Part shown: piece by piece, positions 1 to 12,990 of the stretch
Layout of the letters: each line of letters opens with the position of its first letter
Position numbering within the stretch: the first letter of the stretch is position 1
NCBI GenBank assembly: GCA_964016885.1
Contig: OZ024741.1
Coordinates: 331,700,001-331,764,000 of the forward strand
Direction: 5' to 3'
DNA: 64,000 bases
Source of the DNA: Eledone cirrhosa
Taxonomy: Eukaryota
Program-made: the position numbers and the translations under genes
Notes under the pieces: model-generated
The model's input: only the letters and a program-made list of their open reading frames with translations
Told to the model about the DNA's origin: nothing
Database searches by the model: none

Positions 1-32
1 ATGATGATAAACACACACACACACATATATTA

Positions 33-432
33 TCATCATTTTACGTCCGCTTTTCCCTGCTTGCAAGGGTGGGACGGGAACTGATTCTGGCTTGATTTCT
101 ACAGCTGGATGCCCTTCCTAACACCAACCTCATTTACAGTGAGTGCTGGGTGCTTTTTTGCCGTGGGACCTACACGAGCACTTTACAGTGAGTGCTGGGT
201 GCTTTTTTGCTGTGGCACCTCCACAACCACTTTGCAGTGGAATGATAGGGACCCCAGTCCCTAGGAATGATAGGGACCCCAGTCCCTATCATCTCATTTC
301 TACAGCTGAGTAAACTGGAACAATGTGAAATAAAGTGTCTTGCTCAAGGAAACAACACATCACCCGGTCTGAAAATTGAACTCACAACCTTTCGATTGCA
401 AGGCCAATGCTCTAACCACTAAGCCATGTGCC
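33..432 (-). mobile_element. tRNA-derived SINE with RTE-LINE-derived 3' tail
   Basis: The minus strand begins GGCACATGGCTTAGTGGTTAGAGCATTGG (A box) ... GAGTTCAATT (B-box-like). It ends in AGGAAGGGCATCCAGCTGTAGAAA...GGACGTAAAATGATGAT, which is shared with the RTE 3' UTR at 14432-14640. Near-identical copies lie at 12345-12689 and 39560-39897. Confidence 0.8.
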
Positions 433-807
433 GTCTTATATATATATGAATCTTGCCATTTGATGAACAGTGTCTGAATTCTTTTCTAACTATCCATATA
501 GATGTGGTTTTGCATGTTAATTCTGAAATCATATCAATCTAGCTAGCCTATCCATTCAACTATTCATGTGTTTATCTGCTCATCCTCTCGCTCTCTATCT
601 ACCTGATGCCTGATGGCTGACCATCTGTCTGCTGTTGAGTCAGTGCATCAGTGAATTAGAGAACCAGTGAACCATGTCATTGTTCATTTTTATGTTAGCC
701 CAGCATGAGATTCACAGCTCAGTGAAGCTTATAACACAAACAATACTGAAGTGATAATGGATGACAAGAACTGTAACTGACTTAACAAGACATATATCTG
801 TCCAGCT

Positions 808-930
808 GTCCATCCATCCAACCATCCGTCCAACCATCCAACCATCCAACCATCCATCCTTCCATCCATAACCATCCCTCAATCCATCCACCCAACCATT
901 CATCTATCTATCCAAACATCCATCCATCCA
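808..930. repeat. (CCAT/CCAA)n tetranucleotide microsatellite
   Basis: Tandem CCAT/CCAA units are directly visible. Confidence 0.9.
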
Positions 931-1211
931 ACCCCTGCCATACGCATCATATACATGTATGAAACCAGAAACGATATCAAGTAGCACAATTATATTTCTA
1001 GAACAATGCTCACAAGGAATATGGCAAAGCTGAGAAATCTTGACATTCAGACAACATTGAGGTTTTAATGTAGTTTTAGCGTGTGAAATACAGCTTAACA
1101 TTTCAAAGAGGAATATACCTTAATCTCAACTCTACCAGTAGAGGACAAGTGTGCAAGAAATGAACACTAAAATTAAATGACATCTGCATATATATATGTA
1201 TATATATATAC

Positions 1212-1241
<30 letters not shown>

Positions 1242-1246
<5 letters not shown>

Positions 1247-1480
1247 CAATATATTAACAAATGGAAACTATATTTATAAAACCATATTTATTTCATTATA
1301 CATATTTCAAGGGCCACCAAGGCAGATTATGGTGTGCTTTCATCAGATAAAATATAATATAGATTAGTTTTATAAATAAATATTGACATACCCTGAAAAA
1401 TGCAACCTTCATGGAAATATGTATAATGAAATAAATATGGTTTTATAAATATAGTTTCGATTTGTTAATATATTGTATAT
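1242..1480. repeat. Inverted repeat (about 65-bp arms, about 105-bp spacer) inserted in (TA)n
   Basis: ATACAATATATTAACAAATGGAAACTATATTTATAAAACCATATTTATTTCATTATACATATTTC is matched by its reverse complement at about 1414-1480, with 1 mismatch seen. Confidence 0.9.
1289..1354 (-). ncRNA. Minimal type-I hammerhead ribozyme motif
   Basis: Minus strand: TATTTTAT-CTGATGA-AAG...CTT-GAAA-TATGTA-TA-ATGAAATA. This gives an 8-bp stem I, an intact CUGAUGA/GAAA core, a quasi-palindromic stem III and an AUA cleavage triplet. Confidence 0.75.
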
Positions 1481-1580
1481 TTACTCCAATTAATTTGTTG
1501 AGTGCTTTATATCAGTTATAAAAATATTTTGCTTGTTGTATCCCAACAAATTAAATATAACCTCTACATATATATATATA

Positions 1581-1642
<62 letters not shown>

Positions 1643-1664
1643 AATATATATATATATATAATAT

Positions 1665-1732
<68 letters not shown>

Positions 1733-1785
1733 ATGTGTATATATTATATATATATATATTTATATATATATATATATATATGGAG

Positions 1786-1977
1786 ATTATAAGCTTTCAC
1801 CGTATTTTAGACTAAAGAAATTCTAGCCTGATAGTGGGGTTTATAACCCTCGGAGAAATGGAAAAAGATGAGCGTTGCCGTACGGCAACACTCATCTTTT
1901 TCCATTTCTCCGAGGGTTATAAACCCCACTATCAGGCTAGAATTTCTTTAGTCTAAAATACGGTGAAAGCTTATAAT
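1786..1977. mobile_element. Near-perfect spacerless 192-bp palindrome (foldback/MITE-like element)
   Basis: Two 96-bp arms are centred on CCGT|ACGG (1881/1882) with one mismatch (1873/1890). The ends read ATTATAAGCTTTCACC...GGTGAAAGCTTATAAT. Related to the elements at 62930-63144 and 18773-18946. Confidence 0.85.
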
Positions 1978-2203
1978 TTCTCATTTCTAATTTTCAAACT
2001 CGCGCACCGGTTCAAAAACATACTTACATGTTTACATTTATAATTTGCTTGTATATATATAAAGAAATAGGATTTCGCTTCAAACATAGCTTTATACAAT
2101 TTGTATAAATATATATACATATATATAAAATGAAATGATGATGAAATGATATATATATATATATATATATATAAATATATATATATGTATATATATATAT
2201 ATG

Positions 2204-2234
<31 letters not shown>

Positions 2235-2513
2235 CCACAAGGTGTCCACAAGACATGTATACACACTTTGATTACCTGTACAGGCAATATTTATTAGAAT
2301 GCTGCTGAAGTGTGTATACATTTCCACTTTATCATCTCATTTTCTTTCTCTCTCTTTTTTTATATATATATGTATATATACACACACACATATACATATA
2401 TATATATATATATATGTGAAGTAATTCCGTCGGAAAGGTCCAGGAAAAAAGAGTGCTCTATGTAGGTTACAGTGCTTATTAGTTATATAATAAACAACAT
2501 AAGATAATTATTT

Positions 2514-2567
2514 CATTTACCAGTGGTTTCTTGAAAGGAAACAAATCTGCTTTCAGTCGTCAGAATG
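2514..2567 (-). ncRNA. Minimal type-I hammerhead ribozyme motif (probable 3' pLTR of the Naiad element)
   Basis: Minus strand: CATT-CTGACGA-cTGAAAG...CTTTCAa-GAAA-CCACTGG-TA-AATG, with a GUA cleavage triplet. It is on the same strand as, and downstream of, the PLE ORF at 4544-5630. Confidence 0.8.
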
Positions 2568-3071
2568 ATAGAATCCTGGTGTTTTCATTGAATGTGGATT
2601 TGAAAACAAAAATATAAGAAATATGAAAGTGAGGCTGAAGGAAGAAGAAAAAAAATTATAAATATATAAGTATAAACACACACACACATATATACATATA
2701 TAATTATATAAACATACATACACATACACATAAATACACAAACACAAATATATATATATATATATATATACATATACACATACATACATATATATACACA
2801 CACATAAAATTAAAAATAAGTAAAGATAAATAAACAAACATATACACACTCGACCATGCGCATATACTAAAATAAGCAGTCACATCAACTGGCCAAGAAA
2901 AATCTATATACATGAAATCAAAATAATAAATAAATAAAAGTTTTTAAAAAAGTCAAATATAAAAATAAAAATAAAAAATTAGCAAGTTGACAGTGATAAC
3001 AAAGAAGAAAAAACACAAATAAAAATAAATAAACAAACACACGTGGTAAGCAAATGCACAAAATAAAATAA

Positions 3072-3117
<46 letters not shown>

Positions 3118-3198
3118 CTATATACACACATATATATACACATACATGGAAATATACACATACATATATATACAGTACAAACATATATACACACACAT

Positions 3199-3257
<59 letters not shown>

Positions 3258-3346
3258 TCACTTTCTAATATATCTTTATATATATTAGAAAGTGAGGTTT
3301 TTTTTACAGAATGAAAAATAACTGAGGTGTCCTACATGAGTGAAAG

Positions 3347-3647
3347 TATAAAGAAAAAAAGATGAAATCGAAAATGCAACGGGAGTCTTATTTTAAAAAA
3401 AATATATATATTTATTTGGTTCCTTTACCAGTTTCGCAGTTCTTCTGCTTTTCAAAAGTAGAGTTGAGATGGAGGGTCTGTGGTTTTTCTCACATCTGAT
3501 ATGAGAAAAACCACAGACCCTCCATCTCAACTCTACTTTTGAAAAGCAGAAGAACTGCGAAACCGGTAAAGGAACCAAATAAATATATATATTTAAAAAA
3601 AAATAAGACTCCAGTTGCATTTTCGATTTCATCTTTTTTTCTTTATA
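3347..3647. repeat. About 300-bp near-perfect palindrome with a hammerhead-like motif in each arm
   Basis: Arms of about 150 bp are centred at 3497. The plus arm at 3536-3571 reads CTT-TTGAAAA-GCAG AAGAA CTGC-GAAA-CCGG-TA-AAG. Confidence 0.85.
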
Positions 3648-3702
3648 TATATATATACACACATATATATATATACATATACATATATATATATATATAT
3701 AT

Positions 3703-3793
<91 letters not shown>

Positions 3794-4056
3794 TATATAC
3801 ACACACACATATACATACTCACATCCATGCACAGACATACACACACATATTCTCTCAACCACACGTATAGGTACATATACACAAATGTAGGTGTATATTC
3901 ATATATCAAAAAGTATAAATACATTCACACACACATATACATGAGAAAAAATACATACAACCACATACACACATATATATAAATAATTACTTATATATAA
4001 AACTATACACGCACATATGCACATGTACACGTACATACACACGCACATACACCCCC

Positions 4057-4098
<42 letters not shown>

Positions 4099-4146
4099 CA
4101 TATACACACACATACATAAGTTTGCATGACCACATATATATATAAA

Positions 4147-4179
<33 letters not shown>

Positions 4180-4543
4180 AATATATAAATATACATACAT
4201 ATACAAACATATATACATAAACATACATATACACGCACAAAAATTACACACTCACATATATATATATACATACACATACATATACATATACATATATATA
4301 TATATACACATACATACATACATACATACACACAGAAATATATATCTATATATAAAAAGGGGGGGGTGTAAAGGGTAAGGTAGAAAGTAGGGGGGAATAT
4401 AAGTCAACAGAAATATAAATAACATAGGGAAAACATATAAATATAAGAGGAGATGAGAGAGAAAAAGAATATATGGGTAAAGAATGTGAGTTCAGAGAGA
4501 AATAATAATCGTAGTGGATGTAAGGTGTAATGAGTAAAGAAGT

Positions 4544-5628
4544 TCAAGGTGGTTGAGTCATCGTAGGAATGTCAATCCAGTTACAAAGTAGATGTGATTT
4601 CAGGTGAGGACAACATCTGAAGATCTCGGTCTTGGAGATAAGGCAAGTGGAAGTGGCTTTCAAATTTTGGAGAATTCTAAATTTTTCCGTGGTGCACAAA
4701 AACAATTCTTTGTGCCCCTTTGGTATTCTCTCGAATGGTCTAAAATAGACCAATCGATAGTGTATGGGATGTTTTTGTCTTTGAATTCCCACACTTTATT
4801 TGCGAGAGCCGTTGTTGTTCTTTTATCAGGGTGTTTAAAAGAAGCGACATGTGCATAAAACCTGGTTTTGAACCTGTCCTGAGTCATGCCAACATATCGT
4901 TCACTCATAGCTGGCTGGTTGTTAATCAACGGTGTCAATTTGGCCTCATACACAACGGATTTAGTATTTCATTTGCCCTGTAATGGGCATTCTTCCGGCT
5001 TCCTGCAACTGCATCCTGGATTTACTCTTGTACGATTAGAGTTGGTCATTTCAGTCTTCATTGATGGACAGCAAGAGTAACTGATTTTGACTACATTTCT
5101 ATTAAATATCTTATAATATCTATGATTAGGGGGAAAATGTTTGTCTAGGAGGTCGAGGAATTTCCTCCCTACATTAGTTTTGACAGTTAGAGAGAAGGGG
5201 GTGTAAACCAAATAATTTTCCTTTTCCTGTTATTGTGATTAGTTTTATAGGGAGGAGTAGGTAAATATTTAATATGTTCTGTAAAGCCGCTGTTATTGAG
5301 GGCCTTATTATAATTGTTAAAAATGTCTAGAGACGAAGATAAGGTAGAGATCCTATGGCTAATATTAGGAATAAGATTTTTAAAAACTATAGGGAGATGG
5401 CAAGACTCTTTGTGTATATATCTTAGATTCTCGTTAGGTTTATGATAAGGTTTAAAAGAGGCAGTAAGTAGATAGTAGTTCAAGATTAATATCAAGAAAG
5501 TTAGCACTAGTAACTGTTCGTATCTATAGTAATTTTAAGGTTTAGGTTAGCAAAAGTATTGATTAAATTTTTACGGAATTTATCAAGGTTATGGCCGTTG
5601 GTGGTATGAAAAACTGCCAATCCGTCAG

Positions 5629-5630
<2 letters not shown>
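4544..5630 (-). mobile_element. Decayed Penelope-like retroelement (Naiad type): RT C-terminus plus GIY-YIG endonuclease
   Basis: Frameshifted pieces read DGLAVF (tail of the RT catalytic motif), NFLDINL, FKPYHKPN..YIHKES.H, RKIIWFTPP, VKTNVGRKFLDLLDKHFP, IFNRNVVKISYSC, CSCRKPEECPLQGK (CxCx5C), VVYEA...YVGMTQDRFKTRFYAH (GIY-YIG) and LCTTEK...EIFRCCPH. The element is 5'-truncated against (TA)n. Confidence 0.9.
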
Positions 5631-5671
<41 letters not shown>

Positions 5672-5983
5672 CAGACACATAAATATATATATATAATTGG
5701 TTGACTTAAGAAGCATTAGGAAAATTTAAAATATAGTCTTCCGAACGCAAATTAATATATTAACAGTTGATCCCTATCGAATATAGTCGAAAACATCATA
5801 CAGAGGCACCTCTAACCCCTTTTTTTCTGTCTGCAGGGATAATTTATCCAATTTTTTTAACTGTTATTTATAGTTATTAACTATTATTATAGTCATTTTC
5901 ATTGAGACAACTGCATTAAAAATTACACAGACACACACAGACACACACAGAGACACACACACAGACACACACACACACACACA

Positions 5984-6068
<85 letters not shown>

Positions 6069-6898
6069 TTATTGGTTAAATAACCTCAGAAATCTGCAAT
6101 TGGCCAAACGTAGTGAGTATGGCTACATCTCTGAAGACATGGTGAAAAACAAACAAACAGAAAGTAGTGGAGGTCAACAGAGGAGGGATTTCTGCAACAG
6201 GAGTGAGAAGGCCCTGGATTAGATTGGATTGGTTTGGATATATATCATCATCATCATTTAACGTCCATTTTTGATGGCAGCATGGGTTAGATGGGTTGTC
6301 CCATTAGAGGCAAGCTGGGTCAGGTGACTGTTTCTTGCCCATATAGAACTGTTTCTGGTTAGGTTTCTATGGCTTGATGCCTTTCCTAATACCTACTGCA
6401 TTTACAGGGTGTGCTGGGGGCTTTTTGTCATGACACATACACAACCACCTTACAGTGTGGGCTGGGTGTTTTTTGTTGTGACACCTACATGAGCACTTTA
6501 CAGTGTGGACTGGGTGATTTTTGTTGTGACACCAATATGACCACTTTATATATATATATACATTATGCAAAATAGACAAACAATGATATATACCGCAACT
6601 ATTCATTAAATAACCTCACCAACCCACAATTGGCCAAGCATGGTGAGTATGGTTACACCCCTGAAGACATGACCCCAAAAATACAAAACAAACAGAAAGC
6701 AGTGGAGGTCAACTAGTGAAGGGTTCCTTCAATGGGATTGAGAAGGGATTGGATTGGATTGGAAATATATTGAAGGGCCTGTTTTATGCACATGCATACA
6801 TAAAACACTCAAACATTAACTGAATGAGTACTCAATATATGTGAGCAGTGTATATGTTTTATTTTCCAAAGAAAAAGCGGCAGTGACTTTGAAGTTTT

Positions 6899-7613
6899 CA
6901 TGCTGGACCTACCTATAAGCTAAATAAGCTATAGCTTAGGGCCATAAATCCTTGGGGGCCTCATTTTAAAAAAGTATATTTTTAATTTATCATTAGTTTT
7001 TATTCTTTAACACTAATTTCATAAAAAATTATATATATATATAGTAATAATAATAATATATATATATATATATATATACAAGGATCGGAATTAGAGTATT
7101 CCGCAGTTCACAGTAATAATAATATTAGCTCAAAGAAGAACAGAATTTTCATCTGAGCTCAAATACAAATATATTACACAGAGAGAAGTGTGTAAATAAT
7201 TATTACATGTGAGTTTAACCGTTACTGTATAGAGAACAATACCTACAGGTTAGCAATTCAATAGAAAAAAGCTAAGTCAGAATCAAATCTCTATATATAT
7301 TATTTATTTATTCTTTAATCATTAATAAATAATTGTTTCTACTATTGGCACAAGGCCAGCAATTATCCCAGTACATTACTGGTACTTTATTTTATCGACC
7401 CCGTAAGGATGAAAGGCAAAGTTAACCTCGGCGGGATTTGAACTCAGAATGGCAAGGGCGTAACTCTATGCATCAAAGCATGACGTCCGACCCTCTACTG
7501 ATACTGCCAATTCACCGATAAATAATAATCATGTATAATTAACAAAAAAAAATGTTTATCCAAACTCAAAGTTCATGTAGCTTAGGGCCTGAGCAGTTCA
7601 ATGTCGAGTCCTG
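6899..7613 (+). mobile_element. hAT-type MITE, degenerate copy carrying an internal SINE
   Basis: It shares GCTGGA.TACCTATAAGCTAAATAA...TAGCTTAGGGCC ends and the internal SINE (7332-7518) with the copy at 7694-8065. Confidence 0.6.
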
Positions 7614-7693
7614 TTTGCGGGTGTGGTTAAGAAGTTTGCACCACAATAATATCATTTGGGGTTCTCACATTTGGGGTTCTCACTGCATAGCAC

Positions 7694-8065
7694 CAGTGCT
7701 GGATTTACCTATAAGCTAAATAAACTATGACTTAGGACCACACTTCCTTGGGGGCCTCATTAAAAAAAAATATATTTATATTTTTCAAATGGAACATTTT
7801 GTAACTAATTCAATTTTGTAATCATTAGTAAATAATTGTTTCTACTTTTTGCACAAGGCCAGCTATTACCCCAGTGTATTACTGGTACTTTATTTTATCG
7901 ACTCCGTAAGGATGAAAGGCAAAGTTAACCTTGGCGGCATTAGTAAATCATTAGTAAATAATAATCATGTATTATTATAAAAAAATGTTTTTACCCAAAT
8001 TTCTTTAGAAAAGAGCCCCAAAGTTCATATAGCTTAGGGCCCTTGCATGTGAGAGTCCAGTACTG
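7694..8065 (+). mobile_element. hAT-type MITE with 8-bp TSD
   Basis: TIRs CAGTGCTGGA...TCCAGTACTG are flanked by CATAGCAC/GATAGCAC (7 of 8 matching TSD). It contains a SINE fragment (7833-7940) and is inserted in another SINE. Confidence 0.75.
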
Positions 8066-8588
8066 GATAGCACCATAAAAAAATGTCTTCTACTTTAACC
8101 TTAGGTCAATCAATACCATGTGAATAAATTTGGCAGAAAGACACTGTAAGGAAGACTGTTGTACATATGTGTGAGTGTGTCAGTGATGTTTGTTATGTTC
8201 AGCATAAACAGATATTCCACATTTCTGCTGTTAAATGTGCAAAGATCTGTAACTTTCTTAGAGAAAAAGAGAAAAAGATTGATGGTTGGCATAAGAACCC
8301 TGTTTCAAAATGTCTTATCCAACCCATGTCATGCATAAATAGCACCTCCAAAACTCTGAAAGTTCAAAGGAAAAGTGAAGTTAGAAGCAATAAGAATTCT
8401 TCCATACTCTTACTTCTGCATAAGACTTCAATATCTTCTAGATTTTGAGGTAGTAGTCCTCATTTTGTTGTGGTTGATGTGACAGTCCTTATTTCATGGA
8501 GGAGTATAATTGGCTCATTGGAAACATGAAACTTTTCAATGCTATTGTTCACAACTTGTGACATATATAAAATAATCAAATATATATA

Positions 8589-8653
<65 letters not shown>

Positions 8654-8823
8654 ATCAAATATCATGCTGATACTGAAGTGGCCAGAACAGTTAAATGCCA
8701 GACAGAAGGTCATTTTGTAATTGTTCATGTCCATCTTTATATTATAAAGGGAAAAACCTGCTGAGATCAACTTGGTCTTTTATTTTTTAACAAGGCTGTT
8801 GCTATTGTTGTTGTTGTTGTTGG

Positions 8824-8854
<31 letters not shown>

Positions 8855-8856
8855 GC

Positions 8857-8893
<37 letters not shown>

Positions 8894-9534
8894 CCCCAGA
8901 TCAGCTCTAGTTGAAGAGACCTATGATCAGATGTCTTCTAGCCATGATGATCTGATATTTTTAAGGGTATCTAGAACAGACTCTCATTATTGGGGTTGAT
9001 GAAATAAAGTGCCAGTTGATGAGGTAAATTAACAGAATTGTTAAAGCATAGGATGAGATGTCATGCAGCATCTGCTCCAGCATCCCACATTGAGTTCAAA
9101 TTCCACCTAGGGATTGAAATTCTGCTAATGGTCGGAGTTAATCACTTGACCATGGGACCACAACTGATTATGAAAGCTTCAATGGGTGGAAGAGGATGGA
9201 TCATGGCCATCTACTACTGTAGTTGAACAATTATGATGCAAACCATCCCAACTCGGAATTATCTGGGTTGCATTAACACCTGGCTGGGCCTCCAGGCCTT
9301 CAGATATTTCAGGGACACCCTCTGCCACTTCAATCTTTCAGCTCACAACAGCAAAAAAATAAAATGAAAATAATAATAATTGTTTCTACTTTTGGCACAA
9401 GGCCAGCAATTATCCGAGTGTATTACTGGTACTTTATTTTATCGACCCTGTAAGGATGAAAGGCAAAGTTAACCTTGGCGGGGATGAATTCTTAGTCAGA
9501 TTTATGAACAAATGACTTTGGGAATAATTGCAGT

Positions 9535-9950
9535 TGAACCATCCTTACACTGAGAATTATCTTAGTTGAGTTTAAACTTCATTATTCTGGGTAGGATCCC
9601 ATCTTTACACTTGGAAGGATTTCAGTTTGACCCTCCTTAAATTGGGAAGGATCTATCTCAGCTTAATTTAACCACCCTTACACTGGGAAGGATCTTAACT
9701 TAGTTGAATCTTCCTTACACTGGAAAGAATCTCAGCTTAGTTGAAAATTCATTACACTGGGAAGGATCTCAGGTTAAACATCTTTACACTGGGAAGGATC
9801 TCAGCTCAGTTTAATCACCCTTACACTGGGCATGATTTTAGTTTAACCATCCTTACACTAGGAAGGATCTCAGCTTAGATGAAACTTCCTTACACTGGGA
9901 AGGATGTCAGTTTACTTTAACCTTCCTTACACTGGGAAGGATCTCAGTTG
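9535..9950. repeat. Minisatellite, about 30-35-bp unit CCTTACACTGGGAAGGATCTCAG...
   Basis: About a dozen degenerate tandem copies are visible. Confidence 0.85.
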
Positions 9951-10738
9951 ATTCCAATCTTTCCAATAAAATGTTTTCTCCAAAGTACACAGTAAGAAAA
10001 ATCAATGTTTTCTTAACAAATATTATATAAAATAGGAGAAGGATATTGCAAAATATAATGACTGATAACAAACACAACAACAACAACAACACCAAAAAAG
10101 TAAAAAAATATACAGAAGGAGGTGGTGGTGGTAGAAACAGGTGGCAAGTGAAGAGAGAAAAAATAAAAAGCCACAAACAGCTTCAATTTGTTTGAGTAGG
10201 AAATATCTCTCTAGTACTTGTCTCATCCGTAAGAAATCATTGCTATATAATAAGAAAATTGTCGTTGTTTTTGTGTTTTGTTTTATATTCTATATTTTTT
10301 ATTTTTATTTTATGATTTCAGTTTTATTTTATCATCACAGAAAGGTTTCTGTTTTTTTTTTATATCTTAGTAAGAAGAACAGCAAAATACTTATGTCGAC
10401 TATTATAACAAACAAGATTTCTAACAGCTACTTGGGTAGTGTGTGGTATTTTGTATTGGTATATTGGAGAAGGAGAAGGGCAGGGATATGAAAGCAAAGT
10501 AGCGGTGGGGCTGATAATAAAAACAATTGGGAAGATAATAATGAAGTTGTCAAGGAAACGGGTCTACCATAGTTGTGCTTTTGTTGTGTTTAGAAATATT
10601 TAAGACTTTGGCAACATTTTATGACAATAAAACAAGAAACAGACAAAAGCAATTATTATTTTTGCGAGATAATTTTCAAAATGTTCAACTGACTACTTTA
10701 CTTTATTGATTAACTCAAACTGACATTATAACAGTACA

Positions 10739-10780
<42 letters not shown>

Positions 10781-11297
10781 TATATATATATATATTTGAC
10801 AAAAGTCGACTGTCGATATATACATATATATAAATATATATACATATATATACATATATATGTACGTATATATATACATATATATGTACATATATATGTA
10901 CATATATATATATACATATATATGTACATATATATATACATATATATATACATATATATATATATTTATTAAAATAACAGATTAAAGTTTAAGCAAAGAA
11001 TCGCTGCTTTCACCCTTAATGGGATCTTCTGAAACTAATAAAGTCAATCTGTAAACGCAGAAGTGGATATTTCAAAAAACGTTGCAACCGGAGGAAGACA
11101 GGAAGACGATACTTTGGTTCGTGGAAACGTTCCCTGGCAAAGAACGGGAAAAAACGAATATAATACGTCATTAATAGGAGCGGTGAAAAACATATTTATA
11201 TACATATATACATAAATATATATACACATATATATATATACATATACATATACATATATATATATATATACATATATATATACATATATATATATAC

Positions 11298-11350
<53 letters not shown>

Positions 11351-11521
11351 CATATATATACATATATATACATATATATACACATATATACACATATATA
11401 TACTCATATATACACACATATATATACATATATATACATATATATACACATATATGTATACATATATATATATATATACATATATATACATACATATATA
11501 TACATATATATATATACACAC

Positions 11522-11554
<33 letters not shown>

Positions 11555-11674
11555 CATATATATATACACATATATATATACATATATATTCATATATATA
11601 CATATATATATACATATATATATATACATATATATATACAGATATATATATACATGTATATATACATATATATA

Positions 11675-11739
<65 letters not shown>

Positions 11740-12273
11740 TATCCAAACTCACACCATGCAGACAATAAAGAATATATCATGATATATATATACATAAGAG
11801 TTCAGGTACGTGTTTGTAAGTGAGAGAATGTATATACTTATGTGATTGCGGAACTCTTTGTGTATGTGTAAGTGATTCCGTATTAGAAATTAAAACAAAT
11901 AAAACAAAAACTAAAAGTGAACCAGATTGGAAATATTTATAGAGCTTTCTAGAATTAAAGAACAAATTGACGAAAAAAAAAAAAAAACATAAAGTAAATA
12001 AAATAAAAATGATAAAATACAAAAAAAAACAAACCCCCAACAAAATTACCAAAATAAAAAATTTCTCCTTAGAATGAGATGGAGAAGAATTTCTCAGCTA
12101 AGAAGAGTTCAGTTAAATTGTGTTGTAATTTAGCTTGTTGTCAATATTGGATTTAAGAATAAAAATGATAAACCAAAGACACACAGACACACACACATAT
12201 ATATACATATGTATATATATGTATTTGTGGAAAATGGATGTAAAACGATGATGATGATGATATATGCATACAT

Positions 12274-12313
<40 letters not shown>

Positions 12314-12344
12314 TATTGTATATAAATATATATATATATACATC

Positions 12345-12689
12345 ATCATCATCATCATCATCATTATTTTACGTCCGCTTTTCCCTGCTTGCAAGGGTGG
12401 GATGGGAACTGATTCTGGCCTTATTTCTAGAGCTGGATGCCCTTCCTAATACCAACCTCATTTACAGTGAGTGCTGGGTGCTTTTTTGCCGTGGCACCTC
12501 CATGACCGCTTTGCAGAAGTATGATAGGGACCCCAGTCCTATCATCTCATTTCTACAGCTTAGTAAACTGGAGCAATGTGAAATAAAGTGTCTTGCTCAA
12601 GGAAACGACACATCACCCGGTCTGAAAATTGAACTCACAACCTCTTGATTGCAAGGCCAATGCTCTAACCACTAAGCCATGTGCCTCCA
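12345..12689 (-). mobile_element. tRNA-derived SINE with RTE tail
   Basis: Same family as 33-432 and 39560-39897, with a (GAT)n tail. Confidence 0.8.
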
Positions 12690-12742
12690 TTATACATATA
12701 TATATATATGTTTATGTATATATATATATATATATAAATATA

Positions 12743-12887
<145 letters not shown>

Positions 12888-12918
12888 ATATATATAAAAG
12901 CACATATACATATATATA

Positions 12919-12990
<72 letters not shown>

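Noticed and set aside
2840-2910. SECIS element for the Naiad UGA
   Set aside because: A weak hairpin is present, but I could not find the AUGA/GA quartet and AA loop.
6130-6150. CTGAAGA-CATGGT-GAAA hammerhead-like core
   Set aside because: It has no stem II or stem III pairing and is part of a dispersed repeat (also at 6600-6770 and 60050-60150).
10995-11036. Minus-strand CAGAAGA-TCCC..GGGT-GAAA-GCAGC relic
   Set aside because: The core is mutated, and there is no UH triplet or stem I.
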